DNA from: Selaginella moellendorffii | Taxonomy: Eukaryota > Plantae > Lycopodiophyta | NCBI RefSeq assembly: GCF_000143415.4 | Contig: NW_003314310.1 | Location: 614,611 to 678,610, forward strand | Length of the DNA: 64,000 nt | Direction: 5' to 3' | In this document: one piece after another, positions 1 to 11,001 of the stretch | Position numbering within the stretch: position 1 is the first letter of the stretch | Layout: every line of letters starts with the position of its first letter | Program-made: the position numbers and the translations under genes | The notes under the pieces: generated by a model | The model's database searches: none | Told to the model about the DNA's origin: nothing | The model's input: the letters and a program-made list of their open reading frames with translations, nothing else

Positions 1-1448
1 TTGTGTTTCACCAAGCTTGTCTAGGATATCATCCACACGTGGCATCGGCATTTTATCCTTCACTTTCTTCTTGTTCAAAGCGTGGTAATCAATACAAATT
101 TGCATTGAACCATCCTTCTTCTTCACAAACAAGACTAGAGCACCAAACAGAGACTTACTTAGCTGAATAAATCCAAACTCAAGTAACTCCTTGATTTGTC
201 GTTGAACTTCTTGCTCCTTTGCATAAATTAACCGAAATGGACACCGGTAAATTGGCCACATCCCTGGATCCAATGTAATCTCATGCTCCACACCTCATAA
301 CAGAGGCAACCCATGAGGAAGTTCAGATGGAAAAACATCAGAAAACTCGTCAAGTACATCCCGTACTACTGCTTCTCCCCCACACGTGCCTTGGTCTCCC
401 AAGTCACGAACAAACAGCAAGTAACTTGAAAGTGCTTTTCTATTACAACAAGTCCACTTCAAAGATGTAGTAGAGAGCATAATAACGGTGGTTGAACACC
501 CTCGCCAAACCACACATCTTTAACACCACCATACTCCAACAAGACACACTTAATACTCCACTTTATCTCTGAATCCACCTTCACCAACCATGGCATCTCA
601 AAAATAAGATCCACATGATGGATATCCGCGAAATAAAAAGTCTCCACAAGTGTGGTTTTGCCAACCAACACTTCCAACCCTTTAACACAAGCATCAAAAT
701 GTTGAGCAGAGGTAGTTGCACCTTCCACCGTGTACGGAAAAACTCCGTGTGTGACCAGACCATGCTCCACAATAAACTTTGCTGAAACAAAGTTGTCATC
801 GCTCCCACTATCCAGTAAAATTCGCATTGGATCGCCATAGAACACATCCTCTAGCATTAAAGCTGATTCACAAGTATCCTCAAGCTCCATCTTGTTCCAC
901 ACACAGTTGAGCTGACGAGCAATGATCGAAAGTCTCTTCCTCAGACTAGAATGGTCATTCTCATCATCCTCACATTGCAAAGTCTGCAACTTTTTAGTAT
1001 CTGACTTACCATGAGTAGAAGATTGGCCATTCATCATGCCATGCATCTCGTCATGCATCTCTTGCTGATTTCGATTAAGGGCTCGCAGCTCATGAACCAC
1101 ATCTTGAATGGTCCAAATCTCCATAGCTTCATTGGCACCATCATCGGCACCACCATCGACAATAGGATTCCAACGTTCATCTTGGTCGGCCATCGCAACC
1201 AACTCTTCTGATACCAATGATATGATCCAGTGCAAAAAAACAGAAATCTAGTCACTCTAGACTATGCTACGCCACCTCTTGAGGTTCCTCACCACCCAAC
1301 CACCCCCGAGCTACCTCAAAAGCTCCACTGCACCGCCACTCCACTGTGAGCCCTAGGGTAGGATTGAGTCCTCTACACTAACATGCCTTAATACCTTGAG
1401 CCTCCCTTTGACCGACATTGACCATGTGGTCAAAGCTGGCGTCTAACA
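1..1448 (-). mobile_element. Ty3/Gypsy LTR retrotransposon, 5' part (5' LTR 1218-1448, PBS, very short gag region, protease, start of RT); runs off the left edge; degenerate
   Basis: On the - strand the LTR reads TGTTAGAC...ATATCA and is followed by TGGTATCAGA (tRNA-iMet PBS, ~1207-1216). ORF 459-1235 has the aspartic protease motif LLDSGS. Downstream frames give the Gypsy RT N-terminus DEFSDVFPSELPHGLP...[21 protein letters not shown] with stops and frameshifts. The element is inserted in a PPR copy (flank ATCAT; compare the uninterrupted copy at ~56982). Confidence 0.9.
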
Positions 1449-2060
1449 ATCATGGCGTCATTCTCCTGTATGCCCATGCCGGCCTGGGCAAGCTCACCGA
1501 GGGGCAGCGCATCCACACCGAGCACCGCAAATCAGGAGATTCTTGTGGGATCCACGACCAACGTCACCCTGGGCAACACGCTGGTTAGCATGTATGTGCG
1601 CTGCAGCAGCATGGGAGATGCCGCTGCTGCCTTCCACTGCATGAGAGCCCACGACACAGTGACCTGGAGCTCCCTGATGGCAGGATACACCCACTACGGC
1701 CATGCCGAATATGCCATCCTCCTCTACCGCGACATGCACCTCGAGGGCATCCAGCCCGATAGTGTCACCTACATCAGCATCCTCAACTCGTGCAGCAATG
1801 CCGGCCTGCTCGCCCAGGTGCGGCATTTCTTCATGTCCATGGTTGAGGACCACTGCCTGGTAGTGTGGCCCGACCACTGGAAGTGCATGGTGGACGTGCT
1901 GGGGCGGGCGGGGTTTGTTAGGGGGCAGAGGACGTGGTAAGGAATATGCCGTTCCAGCCGGATGTGGTCGCGTGGACCATGCTGCTAGGGTGCTGCAAGG
2001 TGCACGGGGACGTTCCGTGGCAGCATGGTGGGGATTAGCCCGGGTTTTGTGGGGTCAACG
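1449..2060 (+). pseudogene. 3' fragment of a PLS-class PPR gene (last repeats and E-domain start), module copy A
   Basis: NTLVSMYVRCSSMGDA...TVTWSSLMAGYTHYG...PDSVTYISILNSCSNAG...PDHWKCMVDVLGRAG, then a frameshifted MPFQPDVVAWTMLLGCCKVHG. Paralogous to 56982-57560. Confidence 0.85.
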
Positions 2061-3648
2061 GTGCTGCTGTCCAGGTCGGGGTTTAGGTTTAGGGTTTATC
2101 TATTGGTCAACGTTCAAAATTGTCAACATTATCTGGTCAGCGTTTTTATTGACTAGAGAATGCACAAAAGTTCAACCTGGACAGTGGTATCAGTCAATTT
2201 TCTACAATTTGCAGCCCCTGTTAGATTCTTGTTGGGATTTTTCTTTTGTGGCAGCTTTTGTTTGCCGTATACCATGAATGCCAGCTGGTTTTAAAGAAAT
2301 CCTTCCAGTGGCACAACCACTGACTCCATATTCTGGAAAAAGCTGGAAGAGACCACACAAAATAGTACATAGTGAAAAAAAGTAAAAACTTATCTTGAAA
2401 CAAGCGCCTCCATTTTTTCTAAATTGTCATCACAAGCATTTACAAAGCTTTGGAAGGTTGGAGAAATCCCGGGACTCTTTTCCTCGAGCTGGATCACCGT
2501 GTCCAATCCTTCCACCCATCGATTTTTTCTGTAAGCCTTGGCAATCTCTTCTGCCACCACCGGCGATGCCAGACTCATCTCCCTGGCTAGCATCTCCCCC
2601 ACACAGCGCTGGAGCTCATCGAGACGATCCAGCCGCGAGCATCCAATGAGCAACGCGTGGTAGCTCTCCTCGCTAAGTTCCTCCTCCAGATCCTCCACCA
2701 TTTCCCCGTGTGCCTTGTCAAAATCCTCCGGCATTCCCATCTTCAAGTAGCCGCAGAGGAGAGTGTTGTAAGTCATGGCATCGGGACGAAAGCTCGAGCA
2801 CTTGCTGTCGCCCAGGAGACTTGCAAGGCCTGGCGCGTCACCCAGTCTCGCAAACATGGCGATGAGGATGTAGTACGTGACTGCGTTTGGCGGGCACCCC
2901 TTGCGGAAGGCTTTCATCTGTTCGAGGATGGAGAGCACGGTTTAAGCGTCACCTTTCTTGGCATAGGTGAGGATGGAGTGTTGCAGCACCTCGTCGATTG
3001 CTTGAGCCCCTTGCCTTGGAGATCATCGAACCAGATGCATGCTAGCCTCAGGCTCCCAACGACTCTGGCATAAGAGATCATCGTCGTGTAGAGCTGCTCA
3101 AGCTGTGGTCTCTTGGCCAATAGTAGGACCATTGGATTGTTTGTGAGCCATGTAAAAACCTGGCATGATCGTGATATAAGAATGCGATGGATGGAGAGGA
3201 CGAAACAATAAAAAATGTCACCGACAAGATCAGACTCGATCAGGCATGAAAGATACGAGCACAGAAACAATGAGAAAACCAAAAGAAATCCCGACCAACA
3301 ACACCAAATTTTGATGGCAAAGCTGGAAGAACAGCCATGAAGAACATAGCAAATCAAAAGAAACTAGAAAATAAGAGAAAAAATCTAAGATTCTTGCATA
3401 CCACTAAACTGTAGTGGTGATAATCCCCTCCCATGAGATCGCCCAGCATAGGAATCCAGAAGCTCTTGAAATCTCTCACGCAGCTCTTCTTGTCCAAGAT
3501 TGCCTCGCGTGCCCCCATGGACGAAGCATTCTCGAGCCGCATTCTCATGAGCCTGCCGTAATATCCTGGATTCGGCCGCTTCACTCGCGAGCGTGAATCC
3601 AGCGCCCGCTGTCATGGATTTCCCCTCGGGGCAGAGGCCAAGAACGAG

Positions 3649-6059
3649 CATAGTTGCCGGAAAACGTGTGAAACTTAAAAAACATAATGTTTTAAATGCG
3701 TTGCACTATTTGCGAAAGAGACAAAGGTTTCTTTAGGGTTTCTTTAGGGTTTCTTCAGGGTTCTTGTGATCATGACAGGAATTGGAGGATGCCACAAATG
3801 CTGGAGCTGGAAGCATGTGATACGAGTAGAGCGGCACTGGACATGTAAGTATTGTCATGAAATTCACACTGGGGGAGCAGACTGAGTGTGAGCACATCTC
3901 GCTGGAGTTCGAGCAAGAGGTGTGAAAACGTGCAAGGCAATGAGGGAGATCCCTTATGAGGTTCTTAAAAAAGCTCGCAGCAGTTTTTCCGATTTCGAGC
4001 TAGTAGACCCAGCAGATGCCGATGATGGGCATCTGCTGCAGCAAGCCGCACAGGGTTCAGGGGGGCCAGCAGAATCTATGGTGGCAAGCACGGAGAACTG
4101 GTCCAGTGCTGGGACAAGCAGAGCAGTGAAACGCAGATCCTCGGATGGAAATTTGATGACATTTTTTGATACTGCTTCGGCTGAGGCACTGGATGATGCT
4201 GTTGCAGAGTTCTTCTTTGCCGAGAGCATCTCCTTCAACACAATCCGAAGAGACAACTTCAAGAGAATGCTGAAAGTTGCCGCAAAAGTGGGGCGTCCAG
4301 CAATTGACAACCTCATGGGATATGAGAAGTTGCGGACAACTGAGCTACAGCGAATCTACAACAATGTTCAGAAGCGGCTTGAAGATTTGCGGCTAAGTTG
4401 GAGGACATATGGTTGTACCATTGTCACAGATGGCTGGTCTGATATTAAGAAGCGGTCTCTTATCAACTTCATGGTCAGTTATGTGAGAGGCTCAATTTTC
4501 CTGAAGGCTGTGGACAGCAAGAATGCGAAGAAAACCGGAGCATGGTTGTTTGAGCAGCTGAAACAAGTGATTGCCATGCAGGTGGTGACGGACAATGCAA
4601 GCAACTGTGTGGTCATGGGGGAGCTTTTGCAGCAGGAGTTTCCACAGATTGTACACATTTGCTGCATTTGCCACGTTATGGACTTGTTGTTCGAAGATAT
4701 TGGAGCTCTATCTTGGGTGCAGCCTTTCGTCGATGGCTGTGCGAAGACAGTTACCCTCATCACCTCAAAGCCATGGGTTCTAGCTCTTTATAGAACTTTC
4801 TGCAAACGGGACCTGATAAAGCCTGTGACCACGAGGTTTGCTTATATTTTTCTCGTGATGTCTCAGCTTCTGGAGACCACGAATCTCTCTGGGCTTCAAA
4901 GAATGGTGGTGAGCCAAGAATGGGAGCGACTTGACTGGTCTAAGAAGCCGGAGGGCCTGGAGCTGCGATCTCATGTTCACGATGACTCGTTCTGGGAGTG
5001 GTGTGAGAATCTGTTAATTTTGCTCGGACCTTTACTTCGAGTTCTTCGGCTTGCTGATCAGGAGGGGGCAACTTCAGGCCTCATCTTTGAAGCTGTTGAT
5101 TGGCTGATCAAAAAGATGGATGAGGGAGCTCGAAACAGAATTTATGCACATGAGGAAGTGGGACAAATCAAGGATTTCCTACTTGAATCACATGGTCTGA
5201 AGGAGGCAAGGTGGTATCAAATGCACAACGTCATTCATGGAGCTGCTTTTGCTCTTCATCCTCTGTTTCTGGGGGATAATCCGGAGAATGACAAGCTGGA
5301 CAATGAGGCACGTGGGAACTGGCTGGAGTACATGCATGTTTATAGCGGAGGTGATCTGGACTTGCAGCTGAGATTGTAGGTACAATTTGAGAGGTTTTGG
5401 CAACAACGTGGATGGCAAATGAAGTTACCTGTTACCAAGGATTGGGAGACCAGAAAGTTTCCAGTAACCTGGTGGAGTTCTTTTGGTTTAGAGATGCATG
5501 ATCTACGTTGTATGGCTGTCCGGATTTTAAGCCAGGTTGTTTGCGCTTCTCCATGCGAGAGGAATTGGAGCTCATGGAGCTTGATACAAACAAAGCGCAG
5601 GTCCCGCTTGCTTCCCAAAAATACTGAGAAGCTAGTTTACATTCACACAAACTTGCGGGTTTCTCAGAAGCTGGAGAGTGAAGGTTTGAGGATGCTGGAG
5701 ATTGATATAGACAAGCTGGAGTTGGAGCCTCATTGGAAGAGGATTTTAGATTTGCAAGAAGCTTTTGAGGAACCAAATCAGGCTGCTGAGGAGTTTACCA
5801 TTGATGAAGGAATGGAAGATGATTCGGAATTGGAAGACGACTAAAACAGCTTCTTCTTTCATTTGTTTTAGTATGTTATTCAGTTAGGTTTGATAAACTT
5901 AATATCAGATTAAAGTGTCTTTAGTAAATATTAGTGTTTTCTTAATCATTTTAGGCTTTTAAATGTAAATGTAAATGTTTGATTGTCCTGAAAAAAACGT
6001 TTTAAACGGCATTTAAACATTGACACGTTGGAACGTTTGCACGTCTAGCTGCAACTATG
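3649..6059 (+). mobile_element. hAT DNA transposon, full length (2411 bp), with an inactivated transposase
   Basis: TIRs CATAGTTGC.../...GCAACTATG. The 8-bp TSD AGAACGAG is at 3641-3648 and 6060-6067. The empty site with a single AGAACGAG is at 59176-59183. Confidence 0.95.
3772..5844 (+). pseudogene. hAT transposase (BED zinc finger, DUF659-type core, C-terminal dimerization domain) with three in-frame stops
   Basis: The ATG at 3772 is in frame with the 3922 ORF: WKHV...WTCKYC...HLAG...C (BED) with two TGA stops; GCTIVTDGWSD, VVTDNASN, CICHVMDLL, TRFA; TAG at 5377; WW...L...A.RILSQ...SPCERNWS...KRRSRL...KLVYIHTN. Confidence 0.92.
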
Positions 6060-6354
6060 AGAACGAGCTCCAAGTATGGTGTCTCACTCCACGATTCCAC
6101 CGTGTAGCCATAGCCGCTCACATTTGCAGTGGCAATGCAGCTAAATCCAGACCTGGCGATCGATCCCCGGAAGAACAGCCTTGAATTGAGACGAATGAGG
6201 GAGAATCCCGCCATCGTAGCATCATTAGGGTTTATGGCTTTGCCACGTGGCTGCCACGCAAGTAAAAGTACGTTGTCCATGCCTGGACTGGCAAAATATT
6301 TCTCTCTGGCGAGCCCACTCCATCCATCGATCGATCGCGTAGCTCTCCGTGCCT

Positions 6355-6573
6355 ATGAAATTCTCTCCATGGGGATCCATCGCAGTAGCAGTGTCCTTCA
6401 CTGTGCTCATCCTGGCGGCATCGTCGTTCCTCTCGAGCACCAGTGGCAATCTTCTCTCCAGGCACTTGTCCATGCCCCGGGCCACCAATGTGGCATTCTT
6501 GATGGCGTGGCAATGGCGAAGGCAAAGGCGGCGATTGCGGGGTAGGGGGCGCCAGTGGTGGTGCTAATCCCAA
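6355..6573 (+). pseudogene. 5' fragment of the TBL gene (copy A)
   Basis: MKFSPWGSIAVAVSFTVLILAASSFLSSTSG... matches the start of the gene at 59495; homology stops at ~6573. Confidence 0.8.
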
Positions 6574-7198
6574 TGAGCTCTCCTTTACATTCTCAATTTG
6601 GAGGGTGTTAGTCGGGACTAAGCAACATTTATGTGAGCATTCTTACAGCATTGAGCCACTCCAGCCTGGTTCAATGGATTTTGATTATTTTGTGTTTTCA
6701 GACATGATTTATGTTCTTGGTAGACCTGGACTTGTGAAAACCTTTTTGATAGCATGCTAGGATCAGGGTAAAGTGGCGGTGGTGGCATTCCTGATATCCG
6801 AGTCAAGTGATTAGCAACCCAGTTGTAAGAGATCGATTGCCCAATGCAGCGGTCCAGGACATTGCTGCTGTGAAGTTGTGGTGATAACTTTATAAATATG
6901 TATAAGTATATATATAGAGTTTATACAGTAACTAAAAAAACTCTAAAAAATCTAAAAATCTTTTATAACATAATAGCTAGAATTTATAATTTTTAAAATT
7001 CTGATTTTAAGTTTGCTATCAATTTTGGAACTATTTTAAATTCTGGGGTGTAATGGATTTAGTTAATGTAGTGTAGTCTTTTTGTCATTGAAAAAACTAG
7101 GAGGTTATATAATTTAAAGTTTTGTTGATGGATATGATTTTTTTAAAAAAATGAAGCTAATAATCAATAATATCTTCAAAAATTACTTAAAATAATTT

Positions 7199-7585
<387 letters not shown>

Positions 7586-7953
7586 GGATGTCAATATATA
7601 TGTAAAAAAAAGTTAAATTTAATAGAAGATATATTAAGTTAATAAAAAATGCAGTTCTTTTAGATATATTAATGTATCTAAATAAATTACATTCTATGAT
7701 ACTTTGGACTTCCACAATAATAAAAATATGCAAAATTTCATTCTATCTGTATAGCCACAACATTTATGTAATTTTTATTTAAAATATTTGGTCATTCATT
7801 TTATACCATTTTTTTATATACATATTTGTATAGAACTTTAACTCCATAATATTTATGAGCATAAGCTCTTATAATCTATTGATCCGACGGCTGTCGTTGG
7901 TTGAACGGTGACGATTGTTTCAAAAGAGGTTTTTGCAGGGTTAAGTTCAAGCT

Positions 7954-10900
7954 ATGGCATCTAGAAAGCGTGGAGAGCCGGATAACGAGGGAGAGCAGGA
8001 GGAGAAAAAGCGACTTAAAAGAGGTGAGATTGCTGATGTGAAACGTCGTCTGGACAGGACAGTTGCGGATATTTCAGACCTTGAATACAGATTGTGGGAA
8101 GCCGGGGAGGATGCCGAACTAAAGGAGCAGATAGCCTCAGAGAAAGTGCGGGCGAGTCAACTCCAGGAGGATAAGTCGAAATTGGAACGCGAGCTCTCTG
8201 AAATCCTCCAGCCGCCACCTGAATACTGGAAAAGAGTGGAGGGTATTGCCGAATCAGCATTTGCGCAGGAGTACCAAAGAGTTGGGGGATTAGACAACGT
8301 GGAGTCGTTGCGTGAGAAGCTGGAAGAAACAGGATACAAGTGGAAGACGAAGAAAGCCATGATAGCGCCTGTTGTCACGTTAGTTCAGACGAGTGGCTGG
8401 GGAAAGTCGAGGACTACCTGCGAGCTTGCAAATTTAGGTGTGTTCGTCATCTACTGCTCATTCGCTTCATCTGGCACCGTGTACCCTCCAAGGTCTGCCT
8501 TTGCGGACTTCTTCTACACAAACGCTGTCAAATTGCTCAGCTCGGGTTCTACGCTTTTGTCGCAAAGCAGGTTCATGCTCTTCTGCATTGACTACTTTGT
8601 GTCATGCATCCAGGCTCTTCTGCATCTGACTTCCGGGGAGGACCCCATGGATGCCAAGAAGTTCTTGAACGATCTCATGGTTGGGAAGAACTTTTGGGAC
8701 GTGGTACAGGCGAAGATGGAGATAGGAAACGAAGCCCGGGAGGAGTTTGCTAATCGCCTTGACGTCGACCTGAAAGAAAAGCCTGGTGAGAAAACCAATA
8801 TCTGGGGCATCTGGGAAAGTAAGGTGTTTAAGAAGTACAACACGCTTGAAGGTCTACTGTCGAATGTTCCAGCTCCTGCCAAAGGAAAACTGAAGGTCCT
8901 GTTTGTCATGGACGAAGCCCGATGGTTTACTTCGCATGCTGATCTGACAACTGTTGCTGCATTTGTTCCTGCAAGGAGGGCTTCCAGGGTGTTGCCTGAA
9001 AATGGAAGTGTGTCGGTGATGTTCACCGACACAGACGGGAGGCTAAACAATTTTGCGCTGCCCAATAAGGCATCCGGTTTCGGGTTTAGTAGCGATCGAG
9101 TGGCTGGAATGCTAGTTGCACATCCAGCGTACTGCTTTTTCTTGGCAGACTTGCCATCGGACGAACAAACAGGTGGCCTTCTGCTTGCAAAAGTTGAAGA
9201 TCTGGGTCGTCTTTGCGGCTATGGTCGGCCACTGTGGCAAGCATTGGCAAAGGCTTCCGCAAGTGCAGGTGACGTGCTGCTTTTGGCTGTAGATAAGCTC
9301 CTTGGTGGCACTGGTTCGTTCAACAAGTGTTTGCTTCAAAGAGGAGGTCTATCACATGAGGCTTGTCTGGCTACACTGGGCTGCAGAGTATGCATCGACA
9401 TCAATCCGCATGCCACAATTATCACTGATATGGTTGCAAGTCACCTACTTAGCGTGATGTCCATTTCTGATGACCGGACTCTTGTTTGGACGCATTGGGC
9501 TATGGAGCCACTGGTTGCAGCGGCTGCAGCACAGGTTTTGCGTGCACAAGGGAAGGTTGGGACAGGGTGGAAGGAGTGCTTGGAGGCACTTGTAACTGGG
9601 ATGAAGCGTGGATGGGTTGATCGAGGTTACAGGGGCGAGTTGGTTGCACGGGTGCTGCTACTTCTTGCAGTGGACAGTCTAGACAGAGATTCATGGAAGT
9701 GCTTTACTTTTGACGAGCTTTGCCGTGGCTTAAGTGGGAAGTCGCTGTCTGATCTTATTAGAGAAGATGAGCAGAATTCAGCATCTCCGACCCCCAAAGC
9801 TCCCGAAGTAAACATGCCACCACCTCCGGCCTCGGCTTTGAAGCGTAGGGGAAGCAGGGTTAAAGTAAACAAAAAATTTCCGGGTCAGCCGCAGGTGGCT
9901 TCAGCGTCCCTGTCCAAAGCTCCAGGAGAAGAAGCGCAGGTCAAAGTAAACACGCCGCCACCTGAGGTGAAGTTGCCATCTCCAACGCTGACGGCCTCAA
10001 AAGCTCCAGGTGGAAGTACGCACAATGCTGAAGGTGAGGGGGAAACAAAACAAGCAGGTGGCTCTATAGATGGAAGTGGTAAAGAAGAAATCCACAGAAA
10101 CATGGGTGAAGCCAAGTTTTTTTGCTTGCTATTCAGGAAAACCGACTTCCGACTGCAGGAGCTCACCGCAAAAGATTTGCTTGAATTTGGAAAGGCTGGC
10201 GTAGGAATCATTTGCCGTGAAAATGAATGGGGCATAGACATCGTCATCGTTGGGTTCTTTGGTGGCACGTTTAGCCTGGAGACGATGACACTCATTTTGG
10301 TGCAGGTGAAACACACAGAGAAACATGATGTTGATTTAGCATGTGCTAAATGCTCTCCGGAGTTTTCTCAGATGTTCAGTAGCAGTGCAGGGCCTCAAGG
10401 TTGGACTGGGTTGAAGGTGCCATACGCCAGTCTGGTTTTGAATGTGGCCCATGTGCCTTCCAGCAGTGTTCGTTACAGAACTAGGAAACTTGTCATGGAA
10501 GCATTACTGAAGAAGACGCCTGCAAATCTTTCCATGGCAATGACTCTCCATGACGCTCATCCGGAATGCAAAGGCCTTCAGGAATGGACAAAAGGCTATG
10601 ATGGGGATAGATCACACCCGGTATTCAAGTCATGGGAACGGTATTTTGCTTCAGATGATCGTCTCCAACACATTGTGGTCATTGAAGGTACGTTTGTGCT
10701 GTTTCATTTTCAATCACTTGATGTTATCTTTTGCACTCCAGGTTTGGATGCATTCTCATCCAAGGACGAAGTGAAAGACCTGGTCGACATCTCTCTGGAT
10801 TCTACTGCAGACATGAGGAAACTAGAACAAGTTCAGAAGATGTATGCACATAGAATGTTCGGATGGGTTAAGAACATGGCAATGCGCAAGTGTTTGGAGC

Positions 10901-11001
10901 CAAAGCTCAGTGTGAAAAAGAGTAAGTAAAACTGAGAATTTTTTTGAGAAATAATCTGAAATTTTTTCTCCATTGCAGAGGTGCAGATGGAATTATCTTA
11001 G
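7954..11001 (+). CDS. Coiled coil + P-loop NTPase (STAND/AAA+-like) + PD-(D/E)xK-like nuclease protein of Crinkler/RHS (CR)-type NTPase-REase architecture; copy 1, intact
   Basis: 991-codon open frame. Walker A QTSGWGKS, Walker B VLFVMDEA, GRPLW, GYRGELVARVLLLLA, and nuclease-like WGIDIVI...LILVQVKH. Predicted GT-AG introns at 10688-10741 (54 nt, in frame) and 10922-10978; the last exon ends ...KVQMELS* at 11001. Confidence 0.8.

Larger units (their letters stand above)
2390..6225 (-). pseudogene. P-class PPR gene copy, disrupted by a hAT insertion in exon 1 and by frameshifts
   Basis: ORF 2390-2938 has PPR motifs (PNAVTYYILIAMFARLG; PDAMTYNTLLCGYLKMG). Near-identical to 57911-59335. The 5' end resumes at 6060-6225 after the hAT. 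Confidence 0.8.

Noticed and set aside
3728-3762. Interstitial telomere (TTTAGGGTTTC x3)
   Set aside because: Spaced telo-box-like motifs in the hAT 5' region, not a contiguous TTTAGGG array.
7954-10929. Classical NB-ARC NLR resistance gene or bacterial contaminant
   Set aside because: It lacks RNBS, MHD and LRR features; it has spliceosomal-type introns and is embedded among plant genes and plant TEs.
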